Origin: Candidatus Pacearchaeota archaeon
Lineage (GTDB): Archaea; Nanobdellota; Nanobdellia; Pacearchaeales; GW2011-AR1
Assembly (NCBI GenBank): GCA_018303825.1
Contig: JAGVXK010000020.1
Location: 8,569 to 72,568 of the forward strand
DNA: 64,000 nucleotides
Direction of reading: 5' to 3'
Positions within the stretch are counted from its first letter, which is position 1. Each line of letters opens with the position of its first letter. The notes beneath the pieces were generated by a model, which worked only from the letters and a program-made list of their open reading frames with translations, was not told the DNA's origin and did no database searches. A program made the position numbers and the translations under genes. Shown piece by piece: positions 1-8,312 of this stretch.

Positions 1-2
1 TT

Positions 3-161
3 TTTGATTTGGGGATGGCTTTCTCCCTGAAAAAACCAATAATTCCCATAAATAGATATGATGTTGAAAAAATAGCTGTTCCCGAAAAGAAAAGTTTTGA
101 AAATGTTTTGCTGGTTCTCGACAGGGAAGCAAAATTGAAATCTGTGAATGATATTTATTAA
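3..161 (+). CDS. 3' end of a gene cut by the window edge (52 codons ending ...SVNDIY*), product unknown
   Basis: Open frame from window edge to TAA at 159-161; no recognisable motif. Confidence 0.3.
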   Translation, partial: FDLGMAFSLKKPIIPINRYDVEKIAVPEKKSFENVLLVLDREAKLKSVNDIY

Positions 162-180
162 TTTTATTAAAAAACAAAAA

Positions 181-253
181 TGGGGATGCCAGAATTTGAA
201 TCTGGATCGCAAGCTCCCAAAGCTTGAATGTTGCCAGGTTGCACCACATCCCC
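181..253 (-). tRNA. tRNA-Pro (anticodon UGG)
   Basis: Reverse complement folds as cloverleaf: acceptor GGGGATG/CATCCCC, anticodon arm CAAGC-TTTGGGA-GCTTG, T arm CCAGA-TTCAAAT-TCTGG; CCA not encoded. Confidence 0.85.
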
Positions 254-335
254 ACTAAATAAACTAATAAGAAATGGCTTTTTAACCTTTGCCTTGTTTG
301 TCCTATTTGTGTGATTCAAAAGAAAAAAATTAAAA

Positions 336-1070
336 TTATTTCTTCTTGGCTTCTTTCTTTTCTTCTTTTGCCGGTACTGTTGCTGTGGGCGTTGCTGCTG
401 TTGCTACTGCCGGAGCGGTTCCTGCTGTAGGAGCTGCGCCTGAAGATCCTGGTGCTGCTGTTGCAAGCGCTGCTTTCGCTGCTTCTTCTGCAGCCTTGGC
501 TTCTTCTTCTGCCTTCTTGACTTTCTCCTGCTGCGCTTTTCTAACTGTAAAGAATTTTTCCATGTCTGCTTTCTTTTCAGCAGAAGGCTCTGTAATCTCA
601 TTCTTAATTTCATTATCATACTTTCCCGCATCGATATCTTTCTCGATATCCTTTGCTTCTTTGTTATCAATTAAAATTCCAAGAGAAACGCATGTGCCAA
701 CAATTAATTTTATTCCTGCCCTAAGATCTTTTGCTAATAGTCCTGAAAGTTTTGTCTTTGCAACAGAAACAACTCTTTCAAATGAAATATTTCCAACCTT
801 ATATTTCAAAGGCTCTCCAGAACCCTTTTCAAGACCAAGTTCTTTCTTTAATAATTCCGAGACTGAAGGTGAGGAAACTTTTATAGTGTATGTTTTTGTC
901 TTTCCATCAACATCAATTTCAACCGGAACCTTTGTTCCTTTAAAGGAAGATGTTGCTGCATTCACATCTGCAATAACTTTTCCAAGATTTATTCCTAATG
1001 GACCAATTTGCTGGGCCACAGCCGGACCAGGCTTCATATCTCCACCATCTACAATTAATTTAACTTTCAT
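336..1070 (-). CDS. rpl11: Ribosomal protein uL11 with ~80-aa Ala/Glu/Lys/Thr-rich C-terminal extension
   Basis: N-terminus MKVKLIVDGGDMKPGPAVAQQIGPLGINLGKV... is classic uL11; 4-nt overlap with upstream spt5; tail AEEEAKAAEEAAKAALATAAPGSSGAAPTAG... is low complexity. Confidence 0.9.
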   Translation of the reverse strand: MKVKLIVDGGDMKPGPAVAQQIGPLGINLGKVIADVNAATSSFKGTKVPVEIDVDGKTKTYTIKVSSPSVSELLKKELGLEKGSGEPLKYKVGNISFERVVSVAKTKLSGLLAKDLRAGIKLIVGTCVSLGILIDNKEAKDIEKDIDAGKYDNEIKNEITEPSAEKKADMEKFFTVRKAQQEKVKKAEEEAKAAEEAAKAALATAAPGSSGAAPTAGTAPAVATAATPTATVPAKEEKKEAKKK

Positions 1071-1579
1071 TGAAACTCCTCGCTTAGTTCATCACCAAGG
1101 CTTTTTGAATCTTTTGCTTCTTCCTCTTTTTCTTCTTCCTTCTCTTCCCTTCTGATTACTTTTATGTTATCTATCTTGACTGTTACTGGGATAGGAACAG
1201 ACGCTCCAAGCAGTGAGACAACTACCTCTCCTTTTTGCTTATCTATTCTCGTGACTTTGGCTTTTTCCCCTTTGAATGTCTGGCCAATCATTTCAACAAT
1301 GTCTCCAACTTCTATTTTAATATCCTCTATCTTTGGTTCAATCATATTTTTAATTTCTTCATAAGTAACTGTCTTGCCGATAATTCCTTTTACATATGGA
1401 AGATTAAATGCTGCTTCTTCCGCTGATTCTCTTTCTGCGGCTTCTAAAATTATGTACCCCCTTAACCCGTGGGGACGTGCAATTGCGTATACGTTTAGAC
1501 CTTTTTTTACAACTCTGTCCTCAATCATTTCCATTGCTTTTTCTTCTTTATTTGTCGTTACTTTTATTATGAATAACAT
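1067..1579 (-). CDS. spt5: Transcription elongation factor Spt5 (archaeal NusG) with acidic C-terminal tail
   Basis: NGN-like N-terminus plus KOW motif (GDIVEMIGQTFKGEKAKVTRID); conserved position upstream of uL11. Confidence 0.85.
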   Translation of the reverse strand: MLFIIKVTTNKEEKAMEMIEDRVVKKGLNVYAIARPHGLRGYIILEAAERESAEEAAFNLPYVKGIIGKTVTYEEIKNMIEPKIEDIKIEVGDIVEMIGQTFKGEKAKVTRIDKQKGEVVVSLLGASVPIPVTVKIDNIKVIRREEKEEEKEEEAKDSKSLGDELSEEFQ

Positions 1580-1732
1580 CTTTATGCTCCGCTACTTCCC
1601 TAGTATCTAAGAAGTAGATATATAAGTTGAGAAAAGATGGTTTATAAATATTTTGTTATCCTTTTTTCTGAATTTAAATCGAAATAATCTGCTATAAATA
1701 TCATCAGCCAAGAAGATTTTTCATACGTTTTT

Positions 1733-2002
1733 TTAGCTTCTTCCTCGATGGCAGTATCTCTTTTCTCGTTCTTCATTATGGTCCTTTATCGTTTCGGGAT
1801 TTCTTATGTCATCCCGTGCATGAATGCATTCGTGAAAGGCAGTTATTGTGAAATCTTCCTTGGAATGAATTCTATCCAGATATACTATTAATTCCAGAGA
1901 TGCTGGCTCAGAATCTCCTCTTCTCTCATCGGGACTTTTGCCCATAAAAGAAAAGCTATAACCTTCTTCATAAATTCTTTGGACTTGCCTTGCTGTTAAC
2001 AT
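1733..2002 (-). CDS. Hypothetical small protein with HExxH motif (AFHECIH)
   Basis: ORF only; track start is TTG, first ATG at 2002; one metalloprotease-like HExxH string. Confidence 0.35.
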   Translation of the reverse strand: MLTARQVQRIYEEGYSFSFMGKSPDERRGDSEPASLELIVYLDRIHSKEDFTITAFHECIHARDDIRNPETIKDHNEEREKRYCHRGRS

Positions 2003-2050
2003 GCAATATTGCAAAAACTCTCATTTTTAATTATTTCTATTGTAAAAAAC

Positions 2051-2362
2051 TTAATCTGTGCCTGTAGCTTTGTTAAACAAATCATCAATTGAATTGCATA
2101 AATATATCTTTGGCCTGCCAATAATTGTGCGAAAATCCAATCCTAAAGATTGAAAGAAATCTCCTGCAGGAATGGTTATTCTATGAGACTTTGTTCTTTC
2201 ATCCAAATATTGTATTATAATTTTTCTGTTGGGTGGTGTTTGTCTGAGCTGTTCTGCCCTTCCTGGATAGTCACAGAATACTGTCGATGAAATATTTATT
2301 GATGGAATTAAAGCCAAGAGATTGTAATTAATTATATGAACGAATCCTTCATACTTTTGCAT
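2051..2362 (-). CDS. Hypothetical protein
   Basis: ORF only, no motif recognised. Confidence 0.35.
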   Translation of the reverse strand: MQKYEGFVHIINYNLLALIPSINISSTVFCDYPGRAEQLRQTPPNRKIIIQYLDERTKSHRITIPAGDFFQSLGLDFRTIIGRPKIYLCNSIDDLFNKATGTD

Positions 2363-2396
2363 TAGCTGTTTGGGTAAAATTAATTATTAAATATTT

Positions 2397-2849
2397 CTAT
2401 TGTACATTATCTAACTTAGATAAATATTCCTTGACTCTTTCGATTGTCTGGGGAATGAGGAATTTTTCGACTTTGATTTCGAAAAGCTCTAAAACTGGCG
2501 CGAATTCAGAAATCCTGTACTGGTTTTCCTGCTTGTCAACAAGCATTGCATCCCTTAATCTTTTTAGCTGCCTTCTTATGTTGCTTTCTGCCAGCCCTTT
2601 GCTGTCAAGAGAATTTTCCTTTCTTAATTGCTCAACTTTATCCCTTATTGTGAAAGATGAAAGCCATTGCTTGTTTTTTCTTGCTTCATCTAAAACAAGA
2701 AATATGTCCACCATAATGTCCCTGGAATCTCCTGGCTGTAGAAGGCCAAGGGAAAGGCAAACTTTCCTCATCAACTCTCTTTTTCCTGTTTCATACGGCT
2801 TCTCATACTTTCTTAGAGTAATTTCACCAAGAGGAACCTCTTTTATCAT
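2397..2849 (-). CDS. Hypothetical protein, possible winged-helix DNA-binding regulator
   Basis: 150-aa ORF with a helix-rich, basic central region; fold assignment is a guess. Confidence 0.45.
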   Translation of the reverse strand: MIKEVPLGEITLRKYEKPYETGKRELMRKVCLSLGLLQPGDSRDIMVDIFLVLDEARKNKQWLSSFTIRDKVEQLRKENSLDSKGLAESNIRRQLKRLRDAMLVDKQENQYRISEFAPVLELFEIKVEKFLIPQTIERVKEYLSKLDNVQ

Positions 2850-2885
2850 CCTAATATCTAATATATTAGTAATTTAAAGATATCG

Positions 2886-2918
2886 ATATTGTGAGCTGTA
2901 AAGTTAAAGGGAGCTAAT
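2886..2918. repeat. Left copy of ~33-bp imperfect inverted repeat (partner 7021-7053)
   Basis: ATATTGTGAGCTGTAAAGTTAAAGGGAGCTAAT versus reverse complement of 7021-7053 ATATCGTGAGCTGTAAAGTAAACGGGAGTTAT. Confidence 0.6.
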
Positions 2919-2992
2919 CAATATTTCTAATTTTAGCGGGAGAACATTAACCTAAAGTTAAAGTCTCCAAAGTCTTATCTACGCTGATGTCA

Positions 2993-3008
2993 GGGGAGCA
3001 CTTAACTG
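2993..3008 (+). repeat. 16-nt exact direct repeat GGGGAGCACTTAACTG (second copy 5830-5845)
   Basis: Identical 16-mers flank the two-gene cassette 3098-5817; a related GGGAGCGTTTAACT lies at 3018-3031. Confidence 0.7.
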
Positions 3009-3097
3009 TATGTTTTTGGGAGCGTTTAACTAATAAATAAAAGAAAAGTTTTATAAGTGGCTTTATCTTCAAGAAATGATATTAAAAAGAGGATGAA

Positions 3098-5365
3098 ATG
3101 AAAAAGAAAATTATTGCCACTGGCATTTTTCTGATGTTAATGCTTTCCCTAATTGTTTTTGTTGCTGCTCAAAATGAAAGTTCTTCCAATTCAATAGAAC
3201 AGAATTCTCCACCTGATTCAGAAACAACTTCAAACTCTGTAACAAATCAAGAAGTTACATCAACTACAACTGAAAATTCTTCAAATGATATAAGCGATAA
3301 TTCAAAAAATAAAACAGAATTTAATGTTGATGCTGGAATAACCCCTGATAATCCTATTTATTTTGTAAAAGATACTTATCAAAGGATTGTAGTTGGAAAT
3401 GATCCTGAAAGAGCTCTAGGTTATAGGGAACAAAAAATTGCTGAAGCAAAAGCAATGGTTGAAAAAGGAAAGCCTGAAGAGGCTGAACAAGTTTTAGACA
3501 GAGCTTTGCAATATGGAAATATTGTTGAGAAAGAAGTTTCACCTGAACTTAAAGATAAAGTTAAAGAAAGTGCAGTTAAAGTTGAAGGCGCAATTAACGA
3601 CATGAAAGAAAATACAAAGGGTGAACAATGGAAAGATGTTAATGAAGGTTTTGATAACAATATAGAACAGGGGGAAAAAGTTGAAATTGCTGCAGAGTTA
3701 TCTGCTAAAATTGCAGAGTTATGTGAAACTCTTGCTAAACTAGACCCATTACAATATGCTGATTCTTGCAAACCTAAAGATAATTCTCCTAGGTGGATGA
3801 AAGAACAAAATAAGCAATTAACAAAGGAGCAAGAACAACAAGCCCAAGCTTTTTTTGATAAACTCTCCCAATGTTTTGAGAATCCTAAGCAGTGTGATTG
3901 TAAAGGTATGGGAATTCAAAAATTCGAGGATTTCTGTGTTCAACAAAGTGCATTAGCAGTAAAGTGCATGGATGGAGATAAAACTTCTTGTGATTCTATG
4001 AATAATGGGGCTCCTGAAGACTTATTGCCTGATTATTTAATTCCTGTAATGAAGCAAGTTGAGAGTAAATATTCAAAATCTCAGTTTGATAACTTTGCAC
4101 CTGAAGAATGTGTAAAAGCAAACGCAAAAACACCTCAAGAATGTAATAAAATTATGTTTAAGCTTAATGCGCCTGAAGAATGTTTAGATGCAGGATTGAC
4201 TGGGACATCAAGAGAAGATGAGACTAAATGCAGGGATATAATGTTTCAGCAAAATACTCCTAAAGAATGCGCTGATGCTGGAATTACTTCTCAAGATAAA
4301 AATGGTGCAAGAAAATGTGCTAAAATAATGTTTCAGTCTAGAGCACCTCAGCAATGCCTTGATGCAGGATTGACAGGAGAGGGCAGAGACGATGAGAAAA
4401 AGTGCAGAGAATTAATGCAGAGTCAGGGAGGAAATTATAAACAAATAAATAATACCTATGCTCCTCAATTTAACAGAGATTGTAATTCTATACAAGATGT
4501 TAATGAAAAAATGAAGTGTTTTGAAGAATTTTACAATAATGCTCAATTTCAGATTAAAGACGATTTCAGGCAGAGAGAGATGACAGACCAAAATACAGGA
4601 GAAAAAATAACTCCGGAAGAAGAAGCACAGAGAAAAGTATGTATGGATAAAGGAATGGGAACTATACTGAAGTATGAGAATGGAAAAAGAGTAGTGATTT
4701 GCGTTGATAAAAATCAGCTAGGGGCCCAGGGGGGGCAGCAATGTCAAAGCCAAGATCAAATAGAAAGATTAAAACAAGATTGCAAATCAAGAGGGCAAGA
4801 TGCTCAAGTTGAGACTAGGGGAGGATGCCCATGGGTTATATGTATTGGCGGAGAGACACAAAAGCAGTCTTATCAACAACCTGGTCATGTCGCAGGAGAT
4901 AAATCTGGAATCAAATGTCCTGATAATATTTGTGATGATTATGAAAAAATGAATTCTTACGCATGTCCTGAAGATTGTGGTGAAACAAGACAACCTGAAA
5001 ATTATCAACAACCTCAAAATAGAATAGACCAGCCACAGCAACCAGATCAAAACCAAGAGAATTTTTGTTCTGGGCAAGCTCCAAGTTGTGCACCAAATGG
5101 TGCTCCTTATTGCCAAAATGGAAATTGGGTTTGTCCTTCAGCACCTCAACAGGAACAAGTTCCACAGCAACCTCCACAAGAACAACAACCTACTCAGCCA
5201 ATAGAACAACCACAAACACCAGCTCCGATACAGACTCCTGAAATAACTCCATCACCTGCCCCTGTAACTGGAGGAGTAATAACTGGAAGAGTTATAACTA
5301 GTGAATATGGGAATGAGAATAGCAGAAGTGGAGACAGCTTTTTAGATTACTGGTTTAACAGATAA
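3098..5365 (+). CDS. Secreted Cys-rich repeat protein with Gln/Pro-rich C-terminal region (755 aa)
   Basis: N-terminal signal-like hydrophobic stretch (IIATGIFLMLMLSLIVFVAAQ), many Cys, internal tandem repeats, QP-rich tail. Confidence 0.8.
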   Translation: MKKKIIATGIFLMLMLSLIVFVAAQNESSSNSIEQNSPPDSETTSNSVTNQEVTSTTTENSSNDISDNSKNKTEFNVDAGITPDNPIYFVKDTYQRIVVGNDPERALGYREQKIAEAKAMVEKGKPEEAEQVLDRALQYGNIVEKEVSPELKDKVKESAVKVEGAINDMKENTKGEQWKDVNEGFDNNIEQGEKVEIAAELSAKIAELCETLAKLDPLQYADSCKPKDNSPRWMKEQNKQLTKEQEQQAQAFFDKLSQCFENPKQCDCKGMGIQKFEDFCVQQSALAVKCMDGDKTSCDSMNNGAPEDLLPDYLIPVMKQVESKYSKSQFDNFAPEECVKANAKTPQECNKIMFKLNAPEECLDAGLTGTSREDETKCRDIMFQQNTPKECADAGITSQDKNGARKCAKIMFQSRAPQQCLDAGLTGEGRDDEKKCRELMQSQGGNYKQINNTYAPQFNRDCNSIQDVNEKMKCFEEFYNNAQFQIKDDFRQREMTDQNTGEKITPEEEAQRKVCMDKGMGTILKYENGKRVVICVDKNQLGAQGGQQCQSQDQIERLKQDCKSRGQDAQVETRGGCPWVICIGGETQKQSYQQPGHVAGDKSGIKCPDNICDDYEKMNSYACPEDCGETRQPENYQQPQNRIDQPQQPDQNQENFCSGQAPSCAPNGAPYCQNGNWVCPSAPQQEQVPQQPPQEQQPTQPIEQPQTPAPIQTPEITPSPAPVTGGVITGRVITSEYGNENSRSGDSFLDYWFNR
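4094..4426 (+). repeat. Four tandem ~24-30-aa coding repeats, AP(E/Q)(E/Q)C-x-DAG(L/I)T...KC(R/A)xIMFQ
   Basis: APEECVKANAKTPQECNKIMFKLN / APEECLDAGLTGTSREDETKCRDIMFQQNT / PKECADAGITSQDKNGARKCAKIMFQSR / APQQCLDAGLTGEGRDDEKKCRELMQSQ. Confidence 0.8.
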
Positions 5366-5367
5366 AA

Positions 5368-5817
5368 ATGAAAAAAAGTGTAATAAGCAAAGAACAAAAA
5401 GTAGTTTTATCCAAAACTTATGGATGGATTATATTAATAGGATTAGTTATTCTTGATGCTTCTCTTGATATAATTTTTGCAGAGGGAAAAGGACTTGAAA
5501 GTCCAGTGTGGAAGCCAATAGCAAATTTTCTTGGAGTTAATAATCCTCTTTTCTTAACCCCTCTTATTATGATAATATTTTATTTTGGAGTTAAAGGTGG
5601 AGCTTGGTTATCTAAAAAGGTAGATAAAATTCCAACCCAAGCAGAAGAATTAGTTTTAACTACTTTAGTTATTGTTTATGGTGTTTTTGTTTTATGGTTA
5701 ATTTCAGTTTATCTCTTTAACTTTACATTGATTAAAAACCACCTTTATTTGATTCCTATTCTGATTATAATTGGAATAGCTTATAGCTGGTGGGCTGAAA
5801 AGAAATTAAAAAAATAA
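5368..5817 (+). CDS. Integral membrane protein (about 4 TM segments)
   Basis: Starts 3 nt after the stop of 3098-5365; several long hydrophobic stretches. Confidence 0.65.
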   Translation: MKKSVISKEQKVVLSKTYGWIILIGLVILDASLDIIFAEGKGLESPVWKPIANFLGVNNPLFLTPLIMIIFYFGVKGGAWLSKKVDKIPTQAEELVLTTLVIVYGVFVLWLISVYLFNFTLIKNHLYLIPILIIIGIAYSWWAEKKLKK

Positions 5818-5829
5818 AAAATCAGGTCC

Positions 5830-5845
5830 GGGGAGCACTTAACTG
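5830..5845 (+). repeat. Second copy of GGGGAGCACTTAACTG
   Basis: Exact match to 2993-3008. Confidence 0.7.
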
Positions 5846-5876
5846 CCCAATTTTGCAGAGCTTAATTTGTTTGGAT

Positions 5877-6742
5877 TTATCTGCTTATACTTGCTAATCG
5901 AATTAATCCTAACCAATGATTATCCCCAAAATTTAACTTTTGTCCTGCCCGGTTACATGGAACTTCATCTAATGTTGTATGTGCTTCTATGAAGTTATGC
6001 TGAATAACCAAAGCATTCATTAAAATTGGGGCAGACCATAAAGCTTTCAATCCTCTAAAGTCATCAACTCTATCTTTAATCTTCATAAAAACGGTTTCTA
6101 TTCGGTAGTTATGTATTTTAGTAACACTTGCATTTTGTATTTTATGCTCAATTGTTAAACCACCAATTTTATTAGAATAGAAGAGTTTTCTAAATGCTCT
6201 TGGATAGAAAACACCTCCATCAGTTTGAATAAATCTTGGCTTTCCTTTTTGAATTGACTTAAAAAGGAATTTTTGTGCTTCTATTGGATTGCCTGACAAA
6301 CTATAATGAGCCCCTGTAATTAATCGGGTATCCCAATCAATACAACACCAAAATCTATCATCTCTCCCTCCGCAATCAATTAAGGTTTCATCAGCATAAA
6401 AATTATTTCCCATGTTATACCCTAACTTATCAACAAACTTGCTGACTTTTAATGTATATCTTCTTACCCAGTCAAGAATGCTCATATGGCTTATTTTCGT
6501 GTTTAGATGTCTGCTTAACTGATTTCTCATTTTCCTACTTGACAGATTAGAAATATACATATCGATTGACATTGTAATAATCTTTTCATTATTTCTCATT
6601 CTGTAAAAGCCATTATCGAAGACAAAACGATAATTACAAATCTTACATCTGTATCTTTGGATTTTTCCTCTTTTTCTGTTGTTCTTAATTCATCTTTCTT
6701 AATGCTTTTCTCTTCACAATGTGGACAAACTATCTCTTTCAT
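5877..6742 (-). CDS. IS6-family-like DDE transposase, N-terminal CxxC...CxxC zinc finger in a different frame (-1 frameshift needed)
   Basis: ADETLI ... IQTDGG ... NYRIETVFMKIKDR spacing resembles IS6 DDE. Frame from ATG 6742 gives MKEIVCPHCEEKSIKKDELRTTEK. The main frame continues RGKIQRYRCKICNYRF... after the A-run at 6670-6676. Confidence 0.65.
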
Positions 6743-6752
6743 AATATAATTA

Positions 6753-6809
6753 GGTACCTATCGTTTATATATCTTTCGGTACCTAAGTTACTATTTGCTA
6801 GTGGGTACC
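6753..6809. promoter_or_regulatory. Three GGTACCTA boxes spaced 25-26 bp in the divergent region between the transposase and the AbrB-like gene
   Basis: GGTACC at 6753-6758, 6778-6783 and 6804-6809, each followed by TA, in an otherwise AT-rich spacer. Confidence 0.35.
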
Positions 6810-6844
6810 TAAAGATTTAAATAGAAGTTATTATTTCTTATTTT

Positions 6845-7006
6845 ATGAAGTTACAAAAACAACTTTCTAGAAAGGTGGGAAACACTGAATATGCTAAATG
6901 GGTTATAGTTATACCTCTAGAAATAATTAAAGAACTAGAATGGAAAGAAGGACAAGATTTAGAAACAGAGGTTAAAGATAAAAAGCTAACTATTAAGAAA
7001 AATTAA
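6845..7006 (+). CDS. Small AbrB/SpoVT/MazE-like DNA-binding protein (53 aa; below the ORF-track length cut-off)
   Basis: MKLQKQLSRKVGNTEYAKWVIVIPLEIIKELEWKEGQDLETEVKDKKLTIKKN resembles a swapped-hairpin AbrB-type domain. Confidence 0.5.
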   Translation: MKLQKQLSRKVGNTEYAKWVIVIPLEIIKELEWKEGQDLETEVKDKKLTIKKN

Positions 7007-7020
7007 TTTTTTTAGTTAAA

Positions 7021-7053
7021 ATAACTCCCGTTTACTTTACAGCTCACGATATT
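7021..7053. repeat. Right copy of the ~33-bp inverted repeat (partner 2886-2918)
   Basis: See 2886-2918. Confidence 0.6.
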
Positions 7054-7059
7054 GTGTTA

Positions 7060-7527
7060 TTAAAATCTATGGAATGAAACTTCATTATAAGTATTGAACT
7101 TTTGCCCAGAAATCTCAAAATATTCTTGAAAAAAATGGCCAAAATCTGAAAATTCGAATTCTCCACCTTTACCATTTTGCTCAAAAACTAATCTTTTATC
7201 TCCTACCTTTCCTAGATAAATGCCTGTATGGGCAAGATAATTGTTTAAACCATTTCTTACAGCAATTATTGCATCTGCTGTTTCTTCTACTCTTGGATAT
7301 CTTAAATCCAACTTTTCGTCGCATATCTCTTCTGGAGGAGCATAACGTGGAAGATTTATTTCTCCAATAAGGTAAAGAACTGTTCCATGACAATTTGGCT
7401 CGTTGTCCATCTTATCTTTAACTTTTCCTAAATATTGATTTTCTAATAAATAAATTATTCTTTTTCCGACAAGCGATCTTTCGACTATGGTTTGTACTTT
7501 AGGGTCTGATAATGTGTTTGAATTCAT
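7060..7527 (-). CDS. Hypothetical protein, possible Cys/His (NlpC/P60-like) hydrolase
   Basis: ORF with NCHGTVLYL and AHTGIYLG strings; family assignment weak. Confidence 0.5.
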   Translation of the reverse strand: MNSNTLSDPKVQTIVERSLVGKRIIYLLENQYLGKVKDKMDNEPNCHGTVLYLIGEINLPRYAPPEEICDEKLDLRYPRVEETADAIIAVRNGLNNYLAHTGIYLGKVGDKRLVFEQNGKGGEFEFSDFGHFFQEYFEISGQKFNTYNEVSFHRF

Positions 7528-7629
7528 GCTGCCATGATAAAATAATGGTTAAAATACCTTTCTATTATCATTAATGAGATTGTCTTCCATCATAATAAAG
7601 GTTATAAACCTATTCTATTAAATAATGAA

Positions 7630-7980
7630 ATGGAACTAGTGGCTTTTCTTGGAAATGACAAAGAAAATTGGGGGCAGGTTAAAGCCCTATGCGGAAGAAT
7701 GCAATGGAACAATATTGTTCTTGTGAAGAATAAAAATGCTAATGATTTTGAGATTGAAAATGCAGAAGTTGTGGAGATTGATTCTAATAAATCTTTGATT
7801 GGTATAAAAAATGACTTGATAAACAAATTAAAAACAAGATTGAAAGATTTTGAAGTTGCTCTTTCAATTGCTTCTGGAAATGGAAAAGAACACATGGCTC
7901 TTGTCTCTGCATTATTAACCCTGCCTGTTGGGGTAAGACTAGTTGTATTTACAAAAGAAGGCGTTGAGTTTATTAATTAA
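7630..7980 (+). CDS. Hypothetical protein
   Basis: ORF only; preferred over the antisense 7602-7895 ORF on composition. Confidence 0.45.
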   Translation: MELVAFLGNDKENWGQVKALCGRMQWNNIVLVKNKNANDFEIENAEVVEIDSNKSLIGIKNDLINKLKTRLKDFEVALSIASGNGKEHMALVSALLTLPVGVRLVVFTKEGVEFIN

Positions 7981-8033
7981 AATGTATTTTACTATATAAT
8001 AAAACTTATATATTGCTTACGAATATAATGTAG

Positions 8034-8285
8034 ATGTCATATTGCGAAGGTATGGATGTAAGTATTGAAAAGATGGATAGAAGTGACATTTTGAGCCTAA
8101 GAAATGGAGAAGTGATTAAATATAGAGATCCAAGGCATGGAACACAATATTTATTTGTTGAAAGTATTGATATGGAAAGGAAAGTAGTTAGTGGAATGAT
8201 TTTAGAACAACCTGTTGGAGTAAATGCTATTCCAATTCAAGATTTAGTTGAACAAGGGATTGCTATTGCGAAGTATAGAGTATGA
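8034..8285 (+). CDS. Hypothetical small protein
   Basis: ORF only. Confidence 0.4.
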   Translation: MSYCEGMDVSIEKMDRSDILSLRNGEVIKYRDPRHGTQYLFVESIDMERKVVSGMILEQPVGVNAIPIQDLVEQGIAIAKYRV

Positions 8286-8312
8286 AAGATAATTGTTTGT
8301 TCTATTAAAATA

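Noticed and set aside
346-1155. 269-aa plus-strand ORF antisense to uL11 (and similar long antisense ORFs such as 11444-12361 opposite ftsZ, 45513-46043 opposite eL31, 28128-28808 and 33716-34060 opposite the Gly/Ala-rich blocks)
   Set aside because: They are shadow frames of well-supported genes, with low-complexity Ser/Phe/Ala-rich translations and no motifs. GC-richer or repeat-rich coding regions naturally stay open on the opposite strand.
4094-4426. Possible CRISPR-like or non-coding tandem repeat
   Set aside because: The repeats are in frame within a long ORF and are conserved at the amino-acid (Cys) level. There is no spacer/repeat regularity. No CRISPR array was seen anywhere in the window.
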